DNA from: Candidatus Aenigmatarchaeota archaeon
GTDB taxonomy: Archaea > Aenigmatarchaeota > Aenigmatarchaeia > Aenigmatarchaeales > JAHLMS01
DNA: 54,441 bases
Assembly (NCBI GenBank): GCA_018920245.1
Contig: JAHLMS010000001.1
Location: 9,431-63,871, forward strand
Direction of reading: 5' to 3'
In this document: positions 16,399 through 25,721 of the stretch, piece by piece
Layout of the letters: every line of letters begins with the position of its first letter
How positions within the stretch are numbered: the stretch's first letter is position 1
Program-made: the position numbers and the translations under genes
The notes under the pieces: model-generated
Databases searched by the model: none
The model's input: the letters and a program-made list of their open reading frames with translations, nothing else
Told to the model about the DNA's origin: nothing

Positions 16399-17691
16399 CT
16401 ATTTCACCCAGCCCCACTTGTCAATCACGGCCTTTAGTTCCTTATGCATCTTGGCATATTCAGATAGTGTTTTTCCTTCCATCACAGCATTGATAGCCTG
16501 TCGCATTGCTGTTGCGCCAGCACGCGTGCCTTTGGGATGACCGTGCACGCCACCGCCTGCCTGGATAATTATATCGTTGCCTAACATGCGCACGAGCGTT
16601 GGTACATGACCTGGGTGCAGACCTCCGCTACAGACAGCAAACACAGGCTTGAGATGCCTCCATTGCTCTGACATACGATGGCCCTTTTCCATCAGAAATC
16701 CTTTTTCTATTTCTTCACCAAGCTCTATAACTTCCTTCTTAGGTCCCTCCATCTTGCCCACGGCAGTTCCTATGTGCAGCTGATCGACGCCTATCAAACG
16801 AGCGATATCGGCTATTACCAACATGGATATACCATGTCTCTTGTTGCGCGTCATTGCGGCATGGCCTGCCCTGTGAGCGTGCAGCACGAGTCGCAATTCC
16901 TCATTCGCATCACGCAACGTCTGTAGACCCGCCCAGCCGACTGTGAGAATGTCAACCATCACGTATTCCCCGCCTGCGTTCTTCACAAACTTCGCGCGGC
17001 GAATCATCTCGTTAGTTTCCGCAGAAACATTTGCCATGTACATCTTTCGTTCGCCAGTCTCAGTTTCAGCCTTGTCTCGTAGTCGTAAGGTTTCTGTTAC
17101 ACGTTCCTCAAACTTGTTGAATGATTGCGAAGTAAGATTTTCATCATCTTTGACTATATCTATTCCGCCACACCATGCCTCATATGCAACCTTAGCATGT
17201 TCACGCCAACCAAGCCCTAATTTTGGTTTAATAATTGTTCCGCATAATGGTCTGTCATAGACGTTCAGTATCTTTCTTACACCTGGTATGCCGTACAGTG
17301 GTCCCTTGAACGATTTCATGAGCCATTCCGGCCAGTGTATATCCTCCAAACGCAAATTATTGAGCTCCTTCATGCCGAAGACATTGCCTGCGACCGAGCT
17401 GAGTATGCAGGGCATGTTGCCGGCCTCGAACAGCTCGCTGGGATAGGCTATGCGAACACAAGGCGGCTTGATATAGAAGACCTTGGCGGCCTTGCGCATA
17501 ATGTTCGGACCTGCTGTCTTCACATCGGTCCATGTTCCTACGCTGGACTCTGCAGCAACGGCCTCGGAGGCCATCCGCATCGACACGCCTTTAGCCGGTT
17601 CAATACGAAACTCACAAACAAGGTCATTCTCTGATGGTTTGTAATTCAAATGAATATAGCCTTTGTAAATGCCTTTCACTATACACAACAC
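16399..17691 (-). CDS. rbcL: Ribulose-1,5-bisphosphate carboxylase/oxygenase large subunit, form III-like
   Basis: GTIIKPKLGL, DIVKDDENL, HAHRAGHAA and GGLHPGH...QAGGGVHGHP are RuBisCO active-site motifs. No small-subunit gene is present. Confidence 0.9.
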   Translation of the reverse strand: MLCIVKGIYKGYIHLNYKPSENDLVCEFRIEPAKGVSMRMASEAVAAESSVGTWTDVKTAGPNIMRKAAKVFYIKPPCVRIAYPSELFEAGNMPCILSSVAGNVFGMKELNNLRLEDIHWPEWLMKSFKGPLYGIPGVRKILNVYDRPLCGTIIKPKLGLGWREHAKVAYEAWCGGIDIVKDDENLTSQSFNKFEERVTETLRLRDKAETETGERKMYMANVSAETNEMIRRAKFVKNAGGEYVMVDILTVGWAGLQTLRDANEELRLVLHAHRAGHAAMTRNKRHGISMLVIADIARLIGVDQLHIGTAVGKMEGPKKEVIELGEEIEKGFLMEKGHRMSEQWRHLKPVFAVCSGGLHPGHVPTLVRMLGNDIIIQAGGGVHGHPKGTRAGATAMRQAINAVMEGKTLSEYAKMHKELKAVIDKWGWVK

Positions 17692-17692
17692 C

Positions 17693-18292
17693 TCATAATA
17701 TGCTTTTAAGCTCGGTTAATGATTTTATGATGTGGTCAGACTTAAAGCTTATTTCCTCACCAAACGTGATGGTCTTCCAACCATACCGTGCGGCAACAGA
17801 AAGGTTCTCTGATTTATTATCGATGAAATAGGCCTCTTGGGTTCCTACCTTCTCTGCGACCATGTCATATGCTGCTGGGTCAGGCTTGCGGAAACCTGTC
17901 TCACCACTGATTATTCTTGCCGAAATATACTTGTCGATACCACTCTTCTGGATCAGATAGCAGGCCCATTCCGCGGGCATGTTGCTGAAAATTATTATTT
18001 CATGTCCTTTGGATCTAAGGTATTCAGCCATCTCGATAAAGTCCGGTGCAAGTTTGAAACTATCAAGAAATTCTTTCTCAAATTGTTCATAGTCCTTTAT
18101 TCCAAGAGCGAGCCAGAATCCAAGTCGATTTAGCTGACCGATAGAGTAGCGATCGTATGGTTCCTTCACAGCCTCGTAGGTGAGGCCGGGAAAGCGTTTT
18201 TGAAGCATAGGGTGCAGGACGTTCTTTATTATATGACCCTCAGTAAAGATAATGCCCATCATATCGAAGATGAGGACAGCCATGTCCTTCAC
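17693..18292 (-). CDS. HAD-superfamily hydrolase-like protein with an atypical motif I
   Basis: The HAD IA layout is present (motif I region LIFDMMGIIF, later IIIFSNMP, FIDNKSENL). It shows start/stop coupling with e2b2 and rbcL. Confidence 0.6.
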   Translation of the reverse strand: MKDMAVLIFDMMGIIFTEGHIIKNVLHPMLQKRFPGLTYEAVKEPYDRYSIGQLNRLGFWLALGIKDYEQFEKEFLDSFKLAPDFIEMAEYLRSKGHEIIIFSNMPAEWACYLIQKSGIDKYISARIISGETGFRKPDPAAYDMVAEKVGTQEAYFIDNKSENLSVAARYGWKTITFGEEISFKSDHIIKSLTELKSIL

Positions 18293-19125
18293 TTCAGAAG
18301 TCTTTTGACATTGCCGGGTGTCATCACGCCTTTTTCTGTTATCACGCGCGTAATCAGATTCCAGGGCGTGATGTCGAAAGCTGGATTGCGCACGCTTGCG
18401 CCATGTAGTTCATGCAACTCACGGTAGACCTCCTTTGGCGGCCGCTCCTCAATTATGAATCTTTTGCGCCTATCCAGCTTGAATGTGGATGCAACAGTAT
18501 AGAACGGTTTCCTGTGCGCCCGCGCGAGCAATGCCATGGGATATGTGCCTGTCTTGTTTATCAGACCTTCCTTCATTCGCAATGCATCACAGCCGACGAT
18601 AACTGCATCGCATTGTGACATGAAAAAGCCGGCTGCAGCATCTGTTATCAGCGTTACAGGAATTTTGACTGCGCGCAACTCCTTAACAGTACGAATGCCT
18701 TGTTCGACGGGCTCGGTCTCAGTCGCAATAACATGTATCTTCTTGCCCTGTGCCCACGCGGCCTTCATAACAGCTAGCGCCTCGCCACTATGACAGTGCG
18801 TCATTATTGTCCAGCCTGGTTTGATAATCTTCGAACCTATTGCTGCAATCCGTTTTGTCGTTGTTTGTAGCTGAGCCAGAAGACGGTCTATTGTTTCGAT
18901 GCTGCGCTCTTTTTTGACTGTTTCGATAACATTATGCAGCGGGACCGCTGTAGGTCGAGCTGCCTCTATTTTATTGCAAGCAACATCGAAGGTTCTACCA
19001 AAACCTTTCTGCTTCGCAAATTGTTTCAAAAATTTCAGGCTCTCAACAGCAATCTGCTTCGCCCCTTGGATATGCAGTGCTTTGAGCTCATGAACGAAAT
19101 CATCGAGTGTAAGCTGTTTTGACAT
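18289..19125 (-). CDS. Ribose-1,5-bisphosphate isomerase (eIF-2B alpha/beta/delta-like, E2b2)
   Basis: IMTHCHSGEAL..., VIATETEPVEQG, VIVGCDAL...GLINKTGTY. The start was chosen at MSKQLTLDD, which avoids overlap with the divergent pcm gene. Confidence 0.8.
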   Translation of the reverse strand: MSKQLTLDDFVHELKALHIQGAKQIAVESLKFLKQFAKQKGFGRTFDVACNKIEAARPTAVPLHNVIETVKKERSIETIDRLLAQLQTTTKRIAAIGSKIIKPGWTIMTHCHSGEALAVMKAAWAQGKKIHVIATETEPVEQGIRTVKELRAVKIPVTLITDAAAGFFMSQCDAVIVGCDALRMKEGLINKTGTYPMALLARAHRKPFYTVASTFKLDRRKRFIIEERPPKEVYRELHELHGASVRNPAFDITPWNLITRVITEKGVMTPGNVKRLLK

Positions 19126-19159
19126 AGACCTTTTATTATCAGCATTCAAAATTAAAGAT

Positions 19160-19828
19160 ATGCCTTTGCCACCACACACAGACATCGAGCTGGCTGAGCT
19201 CATCAAAAGCATCAGGGCGGCCGGCTATCTGAAGAGCGCTTCTGTTGAAAAGGCGCTGCGTGCTGTTCCTCGGCACCTCTTCGTTCCCAAGCAGCTTACC
19301 GCGATGGCATATCGGGATTGTCCACTGAGCATAGGACACGGCCAGACAATATCCCAGCCATCCACGGTTGTGGCGATGACCGAGGCACTACAACCAAAGC
19401 GTGGACAGAAAATCCTTGAAGTTGGCGCGGGCAGCGGCTGGCAAGCAGGCTTGCTCGGTCATATCGTAGGCCCCAAGGGCATGGTGTGGACCATCGAACG
19501 CATAATTGAGCTCGTGAAGATGGCGAAGCACAACCTGAAAGCAGCTGGAATAAAAAACGTCCATGTAATACATGGCGACGGTAGTATGGGTTTGCCAAAT
19601 CATGCACCGTTCGATCGCATAATTGTCACTGCCGCGTGCCCAAAGATACCACCGCTCCTTACAACACAACTGAAACCGAAAGGCAGGATGGTGATTCCTG
19701 TCGGCGACCTCTATTTGCAGAAGATGATACTTTTGGTCAGAAAATCGAAGGATGGGTTTGAGCAGACCGAGCTCGGCAATTTCATGTTTGTGCCGCTAAT
19801 AGGACGATATGGTTTTAAGCCTGTATGA
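19160..19828 (+). CDS. pcm: Protein-L-isoaspartate O-methyltransferase
   Basis: QTISQPSTVVAM, ILEVGAGSGWQA and FDRIIVTAA. Confidence 0.85.
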   Translation: MPLPPHTDIELAELIKSIRAAGYLKSASVEKALRAVPRHLFVPKQLTAMAYRDCPLSIGHGQTISQPSTVVAMTEALQPKRGQKILEVGAGSGWQAGLLGHIVGPKGMVWTIERIIELVKMAKHNLKAAGIKNVHVIHGDGSMGLPNHAPFDRIIVTAACPKIPPLLTTQLKPKGRMVIPVGDLYLQKMILLVRKSKDGFEQTELGNFMFVPLIGRYGFKPV

Positions 19829-19831
19829 GCA

Positions 19832-20227
19832 GTGATAATTATGCCAATGGCAGCAAACATTGTGAAACGTGACGGACGCATTGAGGCATTCATACCCGAA
19901 AAAATAGCAATATCGTGCGTACGGGCCGGACTCAATCCAGACATCGCTCACACGATTTCAGTGGAGGTCAGCAAGAAAGTTTATCAGAATATGCCTACCA
20001 ATGAAATACGCAAACTTGTTGCCAAATGGATTGCAAAATATGACAAGACCGCTGCAAAAAGATATCTCGACTATGGAGAGCGTATGTGGTCCAGACCAAG
20101 CCCAGAGTCTATTTTACATAGGCATAGACCAACGAGGCGCAAGCAGATTGAGTTTGGAGGAAAGAAACGCGCCAAGGCCAGTAGGCTGGGAAAAAAGAAA
20201 TCAGGCGCCGGTAGGCCGCCCAGATGA
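19832..20227 (+). CDS. ATP-cone domain protein with a basic C-terminal tail
   Basis: IVKRDGRIEAFIPEKI... is the ATP-cone signature. The tail is Lys/Arg-rich. Confidence 0.55.
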   Translation: MIIMPMAANIVKRDGRIEAFIPEKIAISCVRAGLNPDIAHTISVEVSKKVYQNMPTNEIRKLVAKWIAKYDKTAAKRYLDYGERMWSRPSPESILHRHRPTRRKQIEFGGKKRAKASRLGKKKSGAGRPPR

Positions 20228-20238
20228 TAATTGTTTAT

Positions 20239-20790
20239 TTATCGATTAGAAACAACCATGTTGCCGAGCATGGGCTCGTATGTAATCGATTGCTCATAAA
20301 TTGAAATGTCCGATTTCATGTTCAAGCTGACATTGTCGCTTATGGTCGCAAGAACACGGGAGTTTGACGGCGATCCATTAACATTCACTGTAAGCGGGTT
20401 ACCATGTTGGTTTACTTTGTATCTTCTTGGCCTTTTTACCATGTCCTTTGTAAGATCAGAATCGTAGGTAATGGATACTTTGCTCAAGAACTCATCTAAA
20501 GCAAGTTTTGCTACATGTCTCTGGAATTTTTGTCCTACCCATTGACCACGCCATCTTTTCTCGTTTGCTTGGTCAGTGCTCATTGCAGTATTGTAAGCCG
20601 CAACCAGCATATCCTTGATGCATTCCTCGTAGTGTGGAAAAATCTTATCCAATTCCGTCTGTCTGAACGTTTTTAATAGGATCTTATAGGACGGGTCGCT
20701 CTCCAGACAATCCTTAGGCAGAGCCTCTCCGTTGCAGCCTTTATTTTTTCCAAAGTGGTTTGCATAAAACTTTGCTATTGACCTTCGCAT
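20239..20790 (-). CDS. Hypothetical protein
   Basis: An ORF with coding-like composition and no recognised motif. Confidence 0.4.
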   Translation of the reverse strand: MRRSIAKFYANHFGKNKGCNGEALPKDCLESDPSYKILLKTFRQTELDKIFPHYEECIKDMLVAAYNTAMSTDQANEKRWRGQWVGQKFQRHVAKLALDEFLSKVSITYDSDLTKDMVKRPRRYKVNQHGNPLTVNVNGSPSNSRVLATISDNVSLNMKSDISIYEQSITYEPMLGNMVVSNR

Positions 20791-20852
20791 GCTTTTTGTT
20801 AATATCTAAAACTATATAAAGGTTTATATTTTTACCCCAGAATCCGAGTGAA

Positions 20853-21878
20853 TTATTTAAGGAATTTTCCCAGTCCGCTTGCTGAAGGTTTCAGTTCGCT
20901 CAAGGTTTTTATCACTTTGTTCACGCGTTCTAAAGAGAATTCGAAGTTGTCGACCATGAACTGCCTTATCTTGTCGGGTTGCAACGGCTTTGACTCGATT
21001 TTCACGTCCTTGTCCACAGGCGGGTTTTTAAAGAAATCTAGCACCTCTTGCGGCTCTGGACCTTTCCACTTGTCCTTTACAGATTCCATTATCTTCGAGA
21101 ATTTCTTGTGCTTCTTGACAAGCGCAAGCGCTTTCTTCGGCCCTATTCCGGGTATGCCTGGATTGAAGTCGGTGCCGACCAGCATGCCTATTGCAATCAG
21201 TTGCTCGCGGTCGATGCCTAGCTTTAACAGCACATCTTTCAGTTCCAGTAGCTCCGGTTTTATCTCAACATAAGCGCCTGTGCGCGGAATCTTCCTTCGA
21301 CCACTAACGGAAAGATTGCGAATCATGCGTGGCGACCCGAAAAGCAATGAATCCCAATCCTGGCTCGCGGACGCCCAGACGATTTTCTGGCTGCACATGG
21401 CTGCACACTGTGCCTCACCTTCGCTTGGTGCTTGTACCCATGGCACACCCATGAACGTCAAGAGTTGTTTAGACTGTTCTATCATCTCACCGGTAAGCCT
21501 AGCGGACATCTTTGCCCTTTTCAATGCCTCGGATAGGTCGCCCTCTGCAAGAGCAAATTGCCAGCGCACATGAGCCACGTCACGCGCAGTCTTGCGTTCT
21601 TCGATTACGGCTGCCTTAAAGGCTGGTGGTTCGCCATCGAAAACATAGACGGGCAAGAGTCCAGCCTCGATAAAGTTTGCCGTGCGATAAAACAGCCCTG
21701 AAAGATGGCTGGTCACACGGCCCTTGCTGTCCATAAGGGGTTGACCAGTTGTACGGTCGCGGATGATTGTAAGAAATTGAAAAAGTGTGTTGAAGGCATC
21801 GATGGCTATCTTTTTGCCCTTGAGCCTTTCAAGCTCTATTGGCTCCCCTGTGATAAGACTGCCGAGTGCTACGCCCAT
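20853..21878 (-). CDS. fen: Flap endonuclease 1
   Basis: MGVALGSLI..., IDAFNTLFQFL, SHLSGLFYR, VYVFDGEPP and APSEGEAQCA. The start was chosen at MGV. Confidence 0.9.
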   Translation of the reverse strand: MGVALGSLITGEPIELERLKGKKIAIDAFNTLFQFLTIIRDRTTGQPLMDSKGRVTSHLSGLFYRTANFIEAGLLPVYVFDGEPPAFKAAVIEERKTARDVAHVRWQFALAEGDLSEALKRAKMSARLTGEMIEQSKQLLTFMGVPWVQAPSEGEAQCAAMCSQKIVWASASQDWDSLLFGSPRMIRNLSVSGRRKIPRTGAYVEIKPELLELKDVLLKLGIDREQLIAIGMLVGTDFNPGIPGIGPKKALALVKKHKKFSKIMESVKDKWKGPEPQEVLDFFKNPPVDKDVKIESKPLQPDKIRQFMVDNFEFSLERVNKVIKTLSELKPSASGLGKFLK

Positions 21879-21914
21879 ATGGAACTTTTGCACGTTTCAG
21901 AATAAAAGCTTTCT

Positions 21915-23489
21915 TCAAACGAAGCCCGCATATGTGTCCTTGTACAGCTGAGTTTCAGAAAGCTTCGCTATATCGCGTTTGTAGAGTTCGCTGTCAAGCT
22001 TCTTGCCGGCCTTTTTCTCCCAATCCTTTATCGGCATGGAAAATTTCTTTTGTATATCATCGCGGTACCATTGCGGTATTACGTTGAACGCACAGAAAGG
22101 GACTATACGGCCGTCTGGTTGCGCATAGTGAATGCAGCATCGCTTAACGCGCTCAATATCGTAGTTCCAAAGGTCCATGAAGTGCATTGCGCCTATGAAC
22201 AACGATCGATGATGCAGTTCGCCAAGCGCGCGATAATTATGTTTAGAAATTACTGATTTCAGTATGGAAATCAAGTTGAGACCTGAAGGTTGCTTGGATT
22301 TATCGATAAACCTGCCTATCTGCATTACGACCTTCAGCAAAGTCAATGTTTTTGACTTTCCGGCTTTCAGCTCCTGAGCCTTATCATTCAAATATTCCAT
22401 GAGGCCTTCGACATCGACGAAGCGCGGTATCGGTATGACCTTGTCGCCATCCTTGAAGATATAAGTCGCTGCGCCGCATGCAAAATGGCTCGTCAGCTCA
22501 TACTTCGGCTGGCCTGTCATTTCTTCTATGAAATGTGTAAGGGCGGTCACTGTGGGTATGGGATAGAAGTCTTCCTTGGTTACGAGGCCTGTTTGTTGCG
22601 CAATTCTGTCTATCACTTCTGGAATGGTTATTCTGTATTTTTTCACATCTGCTTTGCTTATTCTGCCCACGAGGCTGACTGGCTGGTAGTTTATGCCACG
22701 GACAACATCGATGTGTTTAAGGCCGAAGCGCAGGATGTTTCCAACATCGTTATCGTTCACGCCCTTGATGACTGTAGGTACGAGAACAACACCCATTCCC
22801 GCTTTCCGACAGTTGTCAAGACATCCAGGGACTTCCCAATGATTTTTCGGGTTTGTCTTTGGTGTCGTACCATCGAAGCTGAGATATATCGTGTTCACAC
22901 CAGCATCGCGAATTGCCTTTGTCCATTCCAAGTCATTGAACAATTTGCGTGTTCCGTTAATGTTCAGCTGAATGTGATCGAACCCTTCCTCTCTGGTCAT
23001 ACGAATTATATCGATTATGTCATCACGCATTTCCGGATTGCCGCCCGTGAACTGAATGGCGTTTGGTGGAACGGGTCGTTCGGCACGCAGGTTCCGAAGC
23101 ATTGCACGTATTTGGTCCAGTGATGGCTCGTAGACATAGCCCATTGCCGAGGCAAAAAAGAAACAGTAAAAGCACTTCAAATCACAACGGTTCGTTACGA
23201 CGATGTTTGCCAGCGCCGTATGAGAGCTGTGCGCCTTGCATAACCCGCAATCGCGCGGGCAGTCTATAACATCCTTGTTTATTGCAGGGTTTGTTATACC
23301 CTTTCCGTCGTGCGCCCATTTGGCGAAGCGTTGGAACGTTGCAAGATCGCCCCAGTACTTGTCTTCGAAGGCTCCGTGCTTGCGGCAGGTCTTCGTTATC
23401 CAGACCTCGTTGCCTCGTGTCTCGACTGTCGCGACTATCTTGGTTAGGCATTCGGGACAAAGTGAAAATGTTTTGTACGGCAACTGCAT
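21915..23489 (-). CDS. Radical SAM protein of the COG1964 type, tetraether lipid synthase (Tes/GDGT-MAS)-like
   Basis: It has an N-terminal Zn-ribbon (SLCPECL...CRKHG) and a CX3CX2C cluster (NRCDLKCFYC). The length of about 520 aa fits the family. Confidence 0.6.
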   Translation of the reverse strand: MQLPYKTFSLCPECLTKIVATVETRGNEVWITKTCRKHGAFEDKYWGDLATFQRFAKWAHDGKGITNPAINKDVIDCPRDCGLCKAHSSHTALANIVVTNRCDLKCFYCFFFASAMGYVYEPSLDQIRAMLRNLRAERPVPPNAIQFTGGNPEMRDDIIDIIRMTREEGFDHIQLNINGTRKLFNDLEWTKAIRDAGVNTIYLSFDGTTPKTNPKNHWEVPGCLDNCRKAGMGVVLVPTVIKGVNDNDVGNILRFGLKHIDVVRGINYQPVSLVGRISKADVKKYRITIPEVIDRIAQQTGLVTKEDFYPIPTVTALTHFIEEMTGQPKYELTSHFACGAATYIFKDGDKVIPIPRFVDVEGLMEYLNDKAQELKAGKSKTLTLLKVVMQIGRFIDKSKQPSGLNLISILKSVISKHNYRALGELHHRSLFIGAMHFMDLWNYDIERVKRCCIHYAQPDGRIVPFCAFNVIPQWYRDDIQKKFSMPIKDWEKKAGKKLDSELYKRDIAKLSETQLYKDTYAGFV

Positions 23490-23559
23490 TCAATCAACTT
23501 TTGGAACTTTTTAAAAGTTATAAAAGTTTATAAGCCTGCAAATATATAAAGATTATCGT

Positions 23560-24009
23560 ATGGCACCAAACATCAAGCGTGAGATTTATTCAACGTTCGC
23601 GGATGTGACCGCGAGCCTGGGATATTCGGAGATTCACGGCCGCATACTCGGGGCATTGCTCGTGGCCGGCAAGCCTGTGTCGCTGACAGAGCTGGCGCAA
23701 GAGATAGGAGCGTCCGTGTCCACAGTCTCCCTCTCGCTTGACCTTCTCGAAACTCTTGGAATGGCGAGACGCATCAAAAGGCCTGGGGACAGAAACCTCT
23801 ATGTGCAGTTGACAGGAGACATGATAAATGGCTTGCGTACTGCTTTTCTTACAAAAGTGAACAAGACCATAGATGACGCTCTAACAAGGTTCGCAGGATA
23901 TAGAAAGCAGACAAAGGGCAGCGGGGTGCTACGCACACTTGACACTCTTGAACGGGAAGCGAAACGGCTGAAGCGCTACATAGAACTTATTGCAAAGGCG
24001 CCGCTCTAA
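23560..24009 (+). CDS. GbsR/MarR-like winged-helix transcriptional regulator
   Basis: HGRILGALLVAGKPVSLTELAQEIGASVSTVSLSLDLLETLGMARR. Confidence 0.6.
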   Translation: MAPNIKREIYSTFADVTASLGYSEIHGRILGALLVAGKPVSLTELAQEIGASVSTVSLSLDLLETLGMARRIKRPGDRNLYVQLTGDMINGLRTAFLTKVNKTIDDALTRFAGYRKQTKGSGVLRTLDTLEREAKRLKRYIELIAKAPL

Positions 24010-24903
24010 CTATGTAAAGGCTAGTTGAATTTCTCTTGAGAGATTTATTTCGATGCCAGCTGCAAGCAGGATCAATCCTATCGACACAAGAAGAAGACAC
24101 ATGGCTACCTGTATAAGCTTGCGACTCTTGGCACCGAACGGATCATATCTCATCATTGCACTGGATATGAGCGCACCAGCGATGGCTGCAATGAAATATG
24201 CTATAACCTCGGGTATGAGGTGAAGGATGTAATAAGCGAAGCCGAGCGGTATTCCCCTCATTATGGCAGGTATGAACTCACCGGATGTTGACAGACGGCG
24301 TACCAGCATGCCTATCGCCACTCCAACGACAGAAGCATTCCAGCTTAATATGAACAGGGCACCAGCAGAAAATATGAACGAGAGCACTGCCATGAGAAGC
24401 ACGAGTTTTATGTTATTGGCGGCTATCATCAGAAACACGTCTGATGCCATCGCCTGTGCGGCCGTGGGTGTAGTTGCGGCGGCCGTTATCTGTGTTATGC
24501 TGTAAAGGTTGAACAGCTGCTCGGACATGAGCGTATCGGCCATATCGGCCGGCAACAGACTGAACCATACTGCAACGCCAGCAACCATACCCAAGAACAG
24601 GAACGTGTACATTTCCACCACATCGATGTTCACATTCACTAGGTCCAACAACGATTTCACCTTGACTTCCTGCAAGCTCTTCTTCCGCAATATATTGGTG
24701 AAAACGTAGACGGTTGGCAACGTCATGAATGTGACGATAACCATGGATGGTGCGTGGAAGAACAGAACGGCCGAGACAAAGATTGCTATTGTCGTATAAA
24801 AGAAGCCTGTGCCAAAAAGATGTGCAGGCTTTTTGATCTCGTAACCAAGAAGATATTCCAGCACCACAAACAACACCATTTTAAAACAGTTAAGAAAGAG
24901 CAA
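24010..24903 (-). CDS. SpoIIM-like (DUF95) membrane protein
   Basis: Multiple TM helices, plus the C-terminal motif IPLGFAYYILHLIPEVIAYFIAAIAG. The start is uncertain, with an alternative at 24879. Confidence 0.55.
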   Translation of the reverse strand: MLFLNCFKMVLFVVLEYLLGYEIKKPAHLFGTGFFYTTIAIFVSAVLFFHAPSMVIVTFMTLPTVYVFTNILRKKSLQEVKVKSLLDLVNVNIDVVEMYTFLFLGMVAGVAVWFSLLPADMADTLMSEQLFNLYSITQITAAATTPTAAQAMASDVFLMIAANNIKLVLLMAVLSFIFSAGALFILSWNASVVGVAIGMLVRRLSTSGEFIPAIMRGIPLGFAYYILHLIPEVIAYFIAAIAGALISSAMMRYDPFGAKSRKLIQVAMCLLLVSIGLILLAAGIEINLSREIQLAFT

Positions 24904-24949
24904 AATAAATAGCTAACTGTATGTGCTTTTTCGGAACCTGTTCTATTGC

Positions 24950-25183
24950 TTACATCTCATTAAGTGCCGCGACCAGCTGCTCGACAATCTCCTTCTCGGC
25001 AGGGAAGCCGAGCGCGTTCTTGAAGCGTTTCTGGCCAGTCGGCGTAATAAAGCCGCGCGAGATGGAGATGAACTCATTCTCGCCTTCCGGGCTTTTCGCC
25101 TTCTTGCGGGCAACTTCCAAGAACTTGTTCTTGCCGAACTTTATTTCCTTGGTCGTTATGGTCTCGAATTCCACCATTTCCAT
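24950..25183 (-). CDS. Small hypothetical protein (possibly PC4/YdbC-like ssDNA-binding fold)
   Basis: The FGKNKFLEVARKK...FISISRGF pattern. This is a weak call. Confidence 0.35.
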   Translation of the reverse strand: MEMVEFETITTKEIKFGKNKFLEVARKKAKSPEGENEFISISRGFITPTGQKRFKNALGFPAEKEIVEQLVAALNEM

Positions 25184-25233
25184 TACCTCCCTTGTTGTTG
25201 GTTTGAATATTGCATAACAGACATAAAAGCTTT

Positions 25234-25482
25234 TTACAGGAGCGTTGCGGACTCAACAATGACATCGGCCACGCCTGGTATTGCCTTTATCTTGGCCTCA
25301 ATCTCTTCAGTACCCACGTCCTTCGCGACCACCAAGAGCTTTAGCGATTTGAGGCCGAATGCCAAAGGTTCGAGTTTTGCGTCCTTGATTTCGATACTCT
25401 TCGCAATATCAGCCTTGAGCCTGTTCATATCGACATCCGGGCTGTCTGGCATGACCTTGAGAGAAATTGCTACCATTCCCAC
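25234..25482 (-). CDS. Translation elongation factor aEF-1beta
   Basis: MGMVAISLKVMPDSPDVD...EPLAFGLKSL...VADVIVES is typical of aEF-1beta. Confidence 0.85.
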   Translation of the reverse strand: MGMVAISLKVMPDSPDVDMNRLKADIAKSIEIKDAKLEPLAFGLKSLKLLVVAKDVGTEEIEAKIKAIPGVADVIVESATLL

Positions 25483-25486
25483 ACTA

Positions 25487-25651
25487 TCACGGACCTTCGA
25501 ACCCGCAAGCAGGGCAGTTGTATCGGTTGGAAAGCTTCTTACACCGTCTGCACCTTATTATAGTTGTCCCAGCGCACTGTGGGCAGTTGAACTTCACGAA
25601 ACCTTCCGCTCCGAGCAGCGAAATGCCGCACGTTGAACATCTCAATGGCAT
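25487..25651 (-). CDS. Zn-ribbon protein (54 aa, four CxxC pairs), the usual upstream partner of aEF-1beta. Below the ORF-track cutoff.
   Basis: My own translation is MPLRCSTCGISLLGAEGFVKFNCPQCAGTTIIRCRRCKKLSNRYNCPACGFEGP. Its stop lies 4 nt before the aEF-1beta start. Confidence 0.6.
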   Translation of the reverse strand: MPLRCSTCGISLLGAEGFVKFNCPQCAGTTIIRCRRCKKLSNRYNCPACGFEGP

Positions 25652-25721
25652 AGTAGAGCTATTTTTAAAGTGAAGTATTTAAAGATAGTAGGGCCTGACG
25701 GCAGAAGGCCGTCTGGCTGTC

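Noticed and set aside
24923-25636. A 237-aa plus-strand ORF spanning the aEF-1beta region
   Set aside because: It overlaps three well-supported minus-strand genes (the 77-aa protein, aEF-1beta and the Zn-ribbon), and its translation has no recognisable features.
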